64,000 nucleotides of DNA, taken from the NCBI GenBank assembly GCA_951406725.2, contig OX597816.1:139996001-140060000 (forward strand), read 5' to 3'. Below, one piece after another: positions 52,958 through 64,000 of this stretch. The DNA is from Octopus vulgaris (Eukaryota). Every line of letters starts with the position of its first letter. Positions within the stretch are counted from its first letter, which is position 1. A program made the position numbers and the translations under genes. The notes under the pieces were generated by a model. It saw nothing but the letters and a program-made list of their open reading frames with translations, had not been told where the DNA came from and made no database searches.

Positions 52958-53230
52958 TAGCAACATTTGAAACTAATATTTGTATTGGGTGAGCCGTTGC
53001 AGTAAGATAGTAGTTAGAATGGATAATGTAATTGTAGTGGATGAGTGATTACATTTAGCAAGTGGTTGTAGTGAGCCAATAGTTTTAGTAGTCTAATAAC
53101 TCTATTAATATAACTAATAGTGACAGACGCAATATTGATACCTAGAAGTAATATTTATTTGCCTTTTAAAAGTGGACGTTGAGTCAGAACACTGCGTTAT
53201 TTAACATGAGAAAACCTCTCATATGAACAT

Positions 53231-53532
53231 TGTTTGTTCCTTCTCGAGCCACGCCTGGCTCATAAGGACCGGTTTTCCGGTTTCCTTGGCGTATAGGTTC
53301 CCCACCTGGACGGGACGCCGGTTCGTCGCAGGTGAGCTGCTAGATGCAGGAAGAAAGAGTGAGAGAAAGTTGTGGCGAAAGAGTCAGCAGAAGTTCGCCA
53401 TTACCTTCTGCCGGAGCCGCGTGGAGCTTAGGTGTTTCGCTTATAAACGCACACATCGCCTGGTCTGAGATTAGAACCCGCGATCCCTCGACCGCGAGTC
53501 CGCTGCTCTAACCACTAGGCCATGTGCCTCCA
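53231..53532 (-). mobile_element. Full-length tRNA-derived SINE (third family, V/Meta-like 3' block) with 13-bp TSD
   Basis: TSD CTCATATGAACAT at 53218-53230 and 53533-53545; head TGGCCTAGTGGTTAGAGCAGCGGAC..GGGTTCTAATCTC; body CCTGCGACGAACCGGCGTCCCGTCCAGG. Confidence 0.9.
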
Positions 53533-55809
53533 CTCATATGAACATGAGGTGCATAAAAAACACTCATGTTGGTGGCCGATAACCGTCCTCTACAGCCGCT
53601 GAAACTTCCAGATCACAGGATTTCGGCCTTACTTGGCCTTATCATTGACAGACGTCCGCAATTAAACGTCGCAGCCGATTTCCCCGTCAGCGATATATGG
53701 TGTATCTCAGTATGTTCAGCCACTGGTGTCGCAAATAACCAGTGAACTTATAGAAAAAATAACGACAAAAGCCGTATAAATACCAAATGGTAATACTTAT
53801 CTCCCACTTAAAGTGAACGAGTGATTGCAGTAAGCTAGTTGTCATACATGGGCAGTGGTAGAGTTAAGTCGTACAGTAGTGCAGAGGTTCTAGTTAATAG
53901 CGATTGTAGTGGGTTAATAGTTTAGTGATTGTAATGAATCAATGACTGCAAGTCGTCAAGAAGTTTGTAGTTGGTCTGTGGTTGTAAGCAGGTCAGTGTT
54001 TATAGTGCGGGTAACAGTTGTGGTAAGTCAGTGGTTGAAATGTGTCGTGACTGAATTATTATTATTATTTCTTTTTGTGTGTGTATGGTTAAGAAGCTCG
54101 CTTTGGAACCATGTGGTTTCGGGTTCATTCCCACTACACATATTAACTTTAAACTTTGCGCCGCATCAACATGGTCAATGAACGAACGATCAATCGATTG
54201 ATTGGTCATCCCTAAATGATAACAGCTAAAACAATCGCTCGAACCTGCGACCTAAAGATCTCCCTAGTAGTTTGAGAATAGCTAAAGAAATCAGCTTGAC
54301 TCGCCTTCTGACTTAACATTGTTAATGTGGAAGGTAGTATGCGTGGTGATAGGAGGAGAAGAACGAAATCTGTCTACTCGAGGAAATATCACTTCACTTT
54401 CGACTTAAGTCTTCGAAAATATTTAGAATTATTCCAGCTTCACTCAACCGTTCCATTAAACTAATTCACTTTTCTCACTATTGCAATCACCATTTCTTTT
54501 AGTTTTTATTTAAATATCTTTTGTTGATTTCATTTTTAATCCACATTTTCATCTTCATATTCCGCCATCTCTATCTTCCTTTCAAATTTCCTTCGTGTTT
54601 AGACCTTTTCGCTTCTTTCTTTTTTGATTTGTTTCTTTACTTAATTGTTTTGCTTCGAAATTTTTATTATCTTTTTCTACGTCGTCCATAACACTGAATC
54701 CTTTCATTCCTTCTTTCCTTTCTTCCTTCTATTTTCTTTCTTCTTTACTCATTTCCTCTAGTTCTTTTCTTCTCAGCCTTTCTAAGTTTTCTTTTGTCTC
54801 CCCCCCCTCATTTTTGGCTCATACTCTCTTGTTTTCCACTTACCTTTACTTTTTCTTGGTGGTTTTGCTCTTCTGTTTTTTCTTCGTCCCCGTGGTCATC
54901 GTCGTCGCCTTCTCCTCGTTTTCCTTCATCTTCTTCTAATTTCTTTTTCTACTGTTTCACTTTCACTCCTCTTGTATATTTCCATCTTTCTTTCTTCCTT
55001 TCTTTCTTCCTTTCTTTCTTTCTTTCTATTTATGTTTTTGGTTTCTTCTTTTACATCCCCTGCCCCGACTTTTCTTTTCTTACTTTTTAATCCCTAGCTT
55101 GTTTTCTTTCCTACTTATCGTCTGCTCGCTCACTTGTCCGATCAAACAGCAACCAATGGCGTGTAGCATATATTGACAATGTGCTGTAATCTGTCAAAAA
55201 GATAACCGACTACGCTTGTCTAACAATGGATTAGAGTACAAAACGTGATTAACGCGCATAGTCTTGATCTGTCAAAAAATATACAAAACGAGAAGATTGA
55301 AATAGTGGGGAAGATGGTGGCCGCGACCAAAATCTCTTTGCAGTAATAACGAACACGATTCTCAAGCAATTCAACTGACAATAACGGCAAGAAAACTAGA
55401 ACAAGCCAGATATACGTTTCTATTTCCTTTTGCTTCGAATTTAATTTTACTTTGTTCTTGTATCGTTTTTCTCGCTTACTGTTCGCCGGAGATTTTATTT
55501 ATTCATATATATTTGTTATCGTGTATCGCATTGCTATCAGCCATATTTTTATATATGATACGATATAATGTCTGAGAATTGCAATACTTGTTTAATGCTA
55601 TTGTATAAAAAATGTCGATGTTGTTATTTTGGCTCTGTTTTAGTAGGGGAAAGCCAGGTGATATCGTGTTAAGTCGCTACCATTTATGAATTTAATATTC
55701 TTCAGATTATGTCATACAAGCTGATAGGATGCTATAATACATGCGTATATATATATGCATACACACATCAAAACACATATACAGCGGGGAACATACACAT
55801 GAACATATT

Positions 55810-55812
55810 TAG

Positions 55813-55888
<76 letters not shown>

Positions 55889-56016
55889 GTGTCTGTGCAT
55901 GTATATATACATATATATATGTGTGTGTACGTATATATATATATATACATACATATATGTATATCCATATATATATATATACATATATATATAAACATAT
56001 ATACATATATATAAAC

Positions 56017-56073
<57 letters not shown>

Positions 56074-56459
56074 TATATAACACATATATATATATATATA
56101 TATATACATATATATGCATATATATATATACATATATGTATACATATATATATATACATGCATATATACATATGTATACATATATATATATGTATATATA
56201 CATATACATATAATTACGTATAAATATACATATATATATACATATAAATATACATATACATATACAAATATAAATGTACATATATAGGCGCAGGAGTGGC
56301 TGTGTGGTAAGTAGCTTGCTTACCAACCACATGGTTCCGGGTTCAGTCCCACTGCGTGGCATCTTGGGCAAGTGTCCTCTGCTATAGCCCCGAGCCGACC
56401 AATGCCTTGTGAGTGGATTTGGTAGACGGAAACTGAAAGAAGCCTGTCGTATATATGTA

Positions 56460-56525
<66 letters not shown>

Positions 56526-56733
56526 GACATATATATATATACATATATATATACATATATACATATATATACATATATACATATATGTACATATATACAT
56601 ATATACACACATATGTATACATAGATATATATATACACACACACATATAAACATATGTGTATACCCATATATATACATATATATATAAACATACACACAC
56701 ACACACATATATATATACATACATATATATATA
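55810..56733. repeat. Long TA/CA-rich degenerate microsatellite field
   Basis: Directly visible; interrupted by a SINE. Confidence 0.9.
56286..56450 (+). mobile_element. SINE family A, 5' half, well preserved
   Basis: AGGCGCAGGAGTGGCTGTGTGGTAAGTAGCTTGCTTACCAACCACATGGTTCCGGGTTCAGTCCCACTGCGTGGCATCTTGGGCAAGTG. Confidence 0.92.
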
Positions 56734-56737
56734 TTAA

Positions 56738-56977
56738 GGGCCTTACTACACGTAAATGCCTCACGCTATGGAGGACTCTTAAAGTCAAAACTACTATAAT
56801 GAATACAGTGTACCCACCGCGCGCGAATGCAAATCTTGAATCGAATTCTTAAAACTCTGTTTTCAAGAGTTCGGTTCAAGATTTGCATTCCCTCGCGTTC
56901 GCTACAATTTATTCATTACAGTAGTTTTGCCTTTAATAGTCCTCCATAGCGTGAGGCATTTACGTGTAGTAATGCCC
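56738..56977. mobile_element. Foldback MITE flanked by TTAA
   Basis: The whole 240 bp is an imperfect palindrome: GGGCCTTACTACACGTAAATGCCTCACGCTATGGAGGACT / AGTCCTCCATAGCGTGAGGCATTTACGTGTAGTAATGCCC; TTAA on both sides. Confidence 0.85.
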
Positions 56978-57090
56978 TTAATATAAACAAATATATTTAA
57001 AGGGAATAATCATGAATTCTTCTTATGAGGTTTTTTCACGCTGACTACTTGAAAAATTCTTATAAAACATTTTATCTTAATTTAAAATTT

Positions 57091-57130
<40 letters not shown>

Positions 57131-57131
<1 letters not shown>

Positions 57132-58164
57132 TAGCATTAAAGACCCGTCGTTGCCGGGTCATAGTGCTAGTGCATGTATATATGTGTATATATATGTGAG
57201 TACATATTACATGTACATCTATATATATACATCTACACATAAAATACAAAATACAAATTTATATCTTGATATCGCTAGTGATAACAATACTCAAAATATA
57301 TAACAGACTGGAATTGTTAGCCTGTCTCTTGTAATTTCGATCAATTGTATCTTGTCCTCTCTCTTGTATAGAAGTGTGGCTACAATCCAGCCTACCTCTA
57401 CTTCTGGGGGAAGGAGGCATTTTAAATTTTTCCCGGGGCGTCCTACGTCCCAGATATAAAGGTAAAAATAAAATATTTCCACTTTGCAAGTTCGAGTCGA
57501 GTACTCCCTTGCACGCTCCGTTGACTCGAACCTTGCTTCTATTGTGGCGAATTTACCGCCTCTGATTAGATACCTTTCATAGACGCACCAAGACACTTTT
57601 CGAAGGTGCTTTCCTCCATGTGTTCAAATCTTCTTTCTCTACATTGTATACTTTATAGACAATAGTCTTTTCTTTAATTTAATTTTTTATTATCCATCTG
57701 GACTATTCCATTTCTGCACGCTAATTTTATTTTTAATTTATTCCCATTCATGTAAAACCACTTATTCAAGTTCAAATCATTGATGCAATTTTATACCAAT
57801 TGCTATTTTTACTTTTGTCATGTTACTTTAGTTTGATTTTAATTATTACTTACTACATATAATTCAATTGTTATTATCATTTTTATTGTTAAAGTGAAAG
57901 TATCTGACATAAAATAGAGAAACGTTTTTGTTTCACTTCTAACACGTAATACTGAAATAGGGGAGAAGATATGATATTGCTATGGGCTCGCTCTAGGCAA
58001 GAAGTTGAACATTTTTTTGCCCATGACACTCCCCGGACCCTAAGTAAGGCATGTGTAAAATTTGAATGAAATTGGTTGTGTAGCTCTCAGGTTTTAGGGA
58101 AACACACACACAGACAGACAGACACACACACACACACACGTTCTCAGTTTTATATATATAAAGA
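57131..58164 (-). mobile_element. Non-autonomous Helitron
   Basis: Minus strand begins A|TC(TTTATATATATAAAACTGAG) with a (TG)/(TCTG) tract and ends with hairpin GACCCGGCAACGACGGGTC then CTAG|T. Confidence 0.8.
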
Positions 58165-58227
58165 TATATGCACATATATTTCATATATACAAGCATATAT
58201 ATATAAACACACCTATATATACACATG

Positions 58228-58283
<56 letters not shown>

Positions 58284-58383
58284 TATATATACATGTATAT
58301 ATACACACATATATATGTACACATATATATTTATATATACATATATATACATATATATATATACATATATATGCATATATATG

Positions 58384-58454
<71 letters not shown>

Positions 58455-58520
58455 GATATATTATTAGTGAATTGAAGAAATGGAGTTGAACGAAGATTGA
58501 ACAGAAATCGTTTTATTGCA

Positions 58521-58603
58521 TTCTACACGTGTTTTGAAAGGCACAATTTACCAAATTCCGATTGAATAATGAGACCATATTGTGTCTTTCTCTTCAGGGA
58601 GAA
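58521..58603 (-). ncRNA. Hammerhead ribozyme motif with long stem II (G12->A)
   Basis: CUGAAGA-GAAAGACACAAU..AUUGUGCCUUUC-AAAAC-ACGU-GUA: stem II 11/12 bp, palindromic ACACGUGU stem III; GAAA box mutated at a CpG. Confidence 0.6.
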
Positions 58604-59275
58604 ATAGGAAATCCGTTGGAAAAAACAAAAACAGAACAGAGGCGGAGCAAAACAAATCGAACGAGGCTCCTAAGAGCCCATGGCCAAACTGTTTATCAAT
58701 GTATGTTGAAAACGGGCGGTGGGTGCGTTAAAGATTTTAACGGGTCAGGCAGCGGTCATTCCGGTGGGTGAGGGCACGGGGTGCGTAGATGTTCTTTGTG
58801 ACCGAGACTAAAGTTCTGACTATTTAAAGAATATTAGGTGTATTATATGGGGCGAGACAAAATCTACTTAGAAACATGTGTGTGTGTACTGTTCTATATA
58901 TGTGCGGCCGCAAGTTGGTAAGAAGCGCTACACTCTGGTCACTGCTGAGAAATCCGTCAGGGGGTAGAAAATATTTTATGTGTACGTGTGTGCGTTTGAT
59001 CGCGCGGCCGTCAGTTGGTAAACAGCTCTACACAATGGTCACTGCTGTAAAATCCGTCGGGCGGCAGAAAAGTATTTTATGTGTGCGTGTGTTAGTCTAA
59101 ACATGCCTTGTCAAAGAAACCCCCCGTCGTCAAAAACAAAACACCATTCGTCTCCCAGGAGTAATTCCCCTTGCAATGGTTAATCATATTTCTCTTAAAA
59201 GCTTTTTCAGAATTTATTACCAAGGGCTATTTTCATATAAGTAGTGTAACCGGGTGCAGGTATTATTTATAAGCG

Positions 59276-59925
59276 TTATTTATAAGCAAGATAAGTATAA
59301 CGCCGCCAATGGGGGCATCGAAAAGCCGACTGTAAAAGTCCGTTTACCATCCGGTCTCTGACGAACAATATATGGAAGAGTTCGGAGACACAAAGATTGC
59401 ACTTCCTTCTGCCCCTGTCAAATGGGAGGGCCACCGACAAAATTGACCATTCCAGCCTGTAGCTTGAGTTCGTATTCTTCAATCGCCATATCAGCTTGCT
59501 AAGTCCCGTGGTCTGGCGTTTATTCACGTCTCGAAAAGTTGCGTAATGGTTGGAGATTCGTAAGGCCAATCTTGACGATGAGGCCCCGACATAAGCGTAG
59601 ACATCTGAGTCCGTGTAAACCTTGCATTGGTAGACGGCGTTTCTGATCTTGGAGTTCACCGACGTGAACCTTATTCTGTTAGGATTAGTTTCTGAAATTA
59701 GAACTGCGTTACTGTCACTATATTTGTTGCGAGAACTGCAGCCGCTTACTACTTTATTTTCCACTACGTCACTATTAACTAACGGAATAACCCCTGATTC
59801 TACACTATCAATCAGAGTGCTGTCATTGCTAGTGCCCGTGGTGCTGCTATTGCCGGAAACGATGCTGGAGTTGCTATTGGGACTCTCTACCCTAACGAGC
59901 CGAGCTGCGCTCACCTCACTACTAT
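59276..59925 (-). CDS. GIY-YIG endonuclease domain of a Penelope-like element (5'-truncated, no RT)
   Basis: NAVYQCKV..YVGASSSRLALRISNHYATF..TGLSKLIWRLK..LEWSIL..KCNLCVSELFHIL..RCPH; frame open to the stop. Confidence 0.8.
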
Positions 59926-60237
59926 CTATATATACATAGATATATATATATATACATATATACACATATATGTACATACATGTATCCATATATTCTTTTA
60001 TTCTTTTTATATGTTTCAGTCCGATGACTGTGGCTATGCTGGAGCACCGCCATTGTGATCATCTTTCCACTTTCCACTTTAGTCGGAGCGGCTTTTGATG
60101 AAGGATGGAGCTCGATGCTACTGCCCTCTGGGTTTCTTGCCTAGATATTGGCTCATCCGGGATCTCGGTGAACCAGAGGTCAAGTTCACGTTTGAAAACG
60201 TCTACATCTACTCCATGGAGGCTCCTCAGATGCATGA

Positions 60238-60333
60238 GATCTTGGGCAAGTGTCTTCTACTATAGCCTCGGACCGACCAAAACCTTGTGAATGGATTTGG
60301 TAGACAGAAACTGAAAGAAACCCGTCGTTTATA

Positions 60334-60393
<60 letters not shown>

Positions 60394-60615
60394 TGTGTGT
60401 GCGTGTCTGTGTGTCTGTGTTTGTCCCCATCATCGCTTGACAGCCGATGCTGGTGTGTTATGTCACCGTAACTTAGCGGTTCGGCAAAAGATAGCGATAG
60501 AATAAGTACTAAGCTTACAAAGAATAAGTCTTGAGGTCGATTTGTTCCACTAAAGGCGGTGCTCCAGCATGGTCGTAATCAAGTTGACTGAAACAAATAA
60601 AAGAATAAAAGAATA
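60238..60615 (+). mobile_element. SINE family A lacking head (an inverted tail copy lies at 59993-60051)
   Basis: ATCTTGGGCAAGTGTCTTCTACTATAGCC..GGCGGTGCTCCAGCATGG..AATAAAAGAATAAAAG. Confidence 0.85.
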
Positions 60616-60763
60616 GAATGGTGGACAAAAAGAAGAAACGTAAAATATCACAAAACTGCTAATATTTACGTTCTTGTTTTGCATTCGAAGTTCAAATCGT
60701 AATTGTGGTTACTTAAAATTCCTTCCCCAAATTGAGTGGACCTTGTATTCATGTGACTAATTA

Positions 60764-60965
60764 AAGCGGCAAGCTGGTAAAATGGTTAGCGCGTCGGACA
60801 AAATTACTTTGTGGCATTTCTTCTGATCTTTATGCCCTGCGTTTAATTGCCGCCGAGGTCGTCTCTGCCTTTCATCCTTTCGGGGTCGATAAAATAATTA
60901 CCTGTTGAAAATCGACTTATCTTCTCCCGAAATAAACTGCTGGCTTTGTGCCAAAAAATCTGAAG
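60764..60965 (+). mobile_element. SINE family B
   Basis: GCGGCAAGCTGG..GCCTTTCATCCTTTCGGGGTCGATAAAAT, followed by (TAG)n at 60974-61105. Confidence 0.8.
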
Positions 60966-60973
60966 CCATTATT

Positions 60974-61037
<64 letters not shown>

Positions 61038-61047
61038 CAGCAGCAGC

Positions 61048-61093
<46 letters not shown>

Positions 61094-61105
61094 ATAGTAG
61101 TAGTA

Positions 61106-61300
61106 GGGCGCCGAGCTGGCAGAATCGTTAGCACGCCGAGCAAAATACTAAGCGACATTTCGTCGGATTTTACATTCTAAGTTGAAATTCCGCCGGGTTC
61201 GACTTTGCCTTTCATCCTTTCGGGATCGATAAATTAAGTACCAGTTGAGCACTAAGGTAGATTTAATCGACTAACCTCTTTGTGCCTATAATAGAAAGGA
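61106..61300 (+). mobile_element. SINE family B
   Basis: GGGCGCCGAGCTGGCAGAATCGTTAGCACGCCG..TCGATAAATTAAGTACCAG, followed by (CTA)/(TTA)n. Confidence 0.85.
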
Positions 61301-61312
61301 TTATATTATCAT

Positions 61313-61417
<105 letters not shown>

Positions 61418-61936
61418 CACCATCATCATCATTGTCATTATTATCATTATTCCCAGTTAATTACTGGGGTCGTTTCAATCGACTATTCTTCCCTCCTTCA
61501 AAACTTGTGGTCATATGTCTATCGTAGAAATAACTGTTAGAGATGCTAATCTAAGATATGAAATAAAATAATATCTGATTGGCTGTCCGACATCGAAATG
61601 TGAGCAGAAAAAAAGTGTAAAAATAAATAAAATAAAACTAGCAAACAACTACAGCAATAACAAAAGCAATAACAATAACAACAACAACAACAACAGCAAC
61701 AACAACAATCTTGTATTCAAAATGGGAATTAGATAAAGCTTTAGTGATAGAAATGTTTATGCTGTGTCTTGTTCAGACAATCGTTGTCGTGGTAGAGTAA
61801 GTGATTCATGAGTATTGAATTTTCTGTATTTAGAACATGATCATTCATATATCCACTATGTGACGTGCAGGGAAATGGCAGAGGGATAGTAGTTATAAAT
61901 TATAATTTCTACTCTCTTTAGAAGAAAAGAAAAGAA

Positions 61937-62016
<80 letters not shown>

Positions 62017-62995
62017 GATAAAAATGTCTTCGAAATGATCTTTGATACCAGCCATGAAAAACGCTTATTATTTCAGTGGAATTTGACTGTGGTTCTTTCT
62101 AATCTTCCCTGACACTTCCAGTAAAATCGTCTGCTGCTAGCGTTGTGAATTAATTCAAACACTTTCATATCATCTGCCTAACTTTGGTTGCGAAGTTGCG
62201 AATTAATTCAAAGAGAAAGTGAGGTCGCACGCCAACGCACATATCTGGCAGCCATAATAGTAAGACAGAATCGCGCTGTGAGCTTTTACAACCGAATGGA
62301 AACATATATCCTGTAGCCTTTCACCCCTCTGACAAATCGGCTTTATGCAATCATATTAGCCATTATTTCAAAAGACCTGGAATAAGGACAGGGTCGCAAA
62401 TAAATGCCAAATTCACACGATCCGCTGCCGACAGATGAATAAATAGGTTGTGTTAGCGTCATAAGAAGTAAAAAGAATAATTTCTTTTGACACGTCCTAA
62501 TGTCAGAATTCTGTCATCAAAAGCAATGTTCTCAGCGCCGAATATTCGCCAAAACTCGTTTGTCTTTCTTCTGCCACTTATTTATGTTGTGTTTAGACTT
62601 GATTGATTTAATCTTCTCGTTGATCCCGAGATCCTGGAAATCAATCATCAAAACACATTGAAGGATAATGCGTCCATGCACACACATGTAATTTATATAT
62701 GCACACACACATCATTGACGGACACGCGCATGCGCAGACTGACACAGATACATATGTATGCGTATGTATGCACACGTGTATAACTTACAACCCTGCCGTA
62801 TGTTTATATATATGCATGTATTTCTGTAAATTTATCCATAGTACTTATAAGTACAAGCTACACACACACAAGCACGCACGCACACACACACATACACATT
62901 CATGCATGCATCATAGATGCACACATACACATATCAACGTATATATATATGAATATCTATATGTATGTATTTGTATGTATGTATGTTTATTTCTA

Positions 62996-63067
<72 letters not shown>

Positions 63068-63085
<18 letters not shown>

Positions 63086-63319
63086 TGAGGGTGTGTGTGC
63101 GTGTAAACCCGCAGAACTTCTGAAGTTCGCAACTGACTTTTTCTAAACTGGGAAAATACATTACTTATGTTTCAGAAATGGTTTTAGGCTCTTAGAATTT
63201 ATCACATAATGAGTACTGGGCACCCTGGGGGCAGAAAACCCCCTTTCCTGAGTAAACAATACGAATGATCGCATAACTTGGTCGCTTGTTAATTTTCCCT
63301 CTCTCTCTCTCTTTCTCTC

Positions 63320-63406
<87 letters not shown>

Positions 63407-63573
63407 ACAGGATATGTGTGTGTGTGTAAACCCGCAGAACTTCTGAAGTTCGTAACTGATTTTCTCCAAACTGGGAACATACATTACATATGTTCCAGAA
63501 ACAGTTTTAGATTCTTAAAATATTACACATTATGAGTAATGGGGCCCCTGGGGGCAGAAAGCCCCCTTTCCTG
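63068..63573 (+). repeat. Two diverged ~165-bp direct repeats, Helitron-like 5' ends
   Basis: GTGTAAACCCGCAGAACTTCTGAAGTTCG..CCCTGGGGGCAGAAA..CCCCCTTTCCTG at ~63090-63250 and ~63415-63573; the first copy starts ATATATAAAACTGAG like the Helitron at 58164. Confidence 0.65.
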
Positions 63574-64000
63574 TTGTACATTTGACTGCCCGCATGGTCC
63601 ACACATTACCTCTGTTCAAACTGGAAAAAACAGCTACTGAAATCATATATACAGGTTGTATTACATGGATGAATTGATGTAGACGCTAAACTGCGTTGTC
63701 TAAGTAGTACCAATAATAACCTGTTCCCGTAATGCCATAGATAGCAATTTGTTGGAATAAAAACCGTTTGGAACGGAGTATGAAAAATCTGCTAAAATAT
63801 GTTAAATCCAACTATTTTCTTTTAGCTTCAGTATGAAAGCTTTCCTTCTAAGCATAGATAAAGCCCATACAAATATTGATTACAAACCGAAATATCGCAT
63901 GTACATTAACCTACTAATTTATGGTGTCTAAGACCCAACCACGTTAGTTAAAAACCGTGTCCTTAATGTAATATTGCATGTCCGGACGCTGCATGCAGAA

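Larger units (their letters stand above)
58455..59925 (-). mobile_element. Penelope-like (Naiad-type) element 3' module within (TA)n
   Basis: GIY-YIG ORF, 3' UTR with a 100-bp tandem repeat, hammerhead motif and AATAAA (58512-58517 on minus); TA tracts on both sides. Confidence 0.8.

Noticed and set aside
53470-53532. tRNA gene
   Set aside because: A/B-box-like motifs are present but there is no full cloverleaf; it is the head of a TSD-flanked SINE. The same applies to the family A and B heads.

Overview
AT-rich, microsatellite-saturated animal genomic DNA with no confidently identifiable host protein-coding gene. The SINE families and repeat landscape resemble octopus/cephalopod DNA (inference, not database-checked). 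Most ORF-track entries are translations of simple repeats. The informative content is a dense transposable-element fossil record. Retroelements: Tx1/L1, RTE and RLE-type (R4/Dong/NeSL-like) LINE fragments, several Penelope-like (GIY-YIG) remnants with minimal hammerhead ribozyme motifs, a Gypsy integrase remnant, and three tRNA-derived SINE families (about 20 copies). DNA elements: mariner DD34D (long open ORF), Tc1, maT-like and Merlin-like transposons, hAT/Tigger/TTAA MITEs, and non-autonomous Helitrons. Best leads: (i) a 354-bp terminally redundant non-coding unit carrying a minimal type I hammerhead, resembling a retrozyme (30707-31109); (ii) different retroelement families each sitting in a different microsatellite class, suggesting partitioned target specificity; (iii) a loopless 282-bp palindrome; (iv) a Naiad-like Penelope 3' module with an open GIY-YIG frame, a 100-bp tandem repeat and a hammerhead. 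TE boundaries are approximate unless TSDs/TIRs are quoted.
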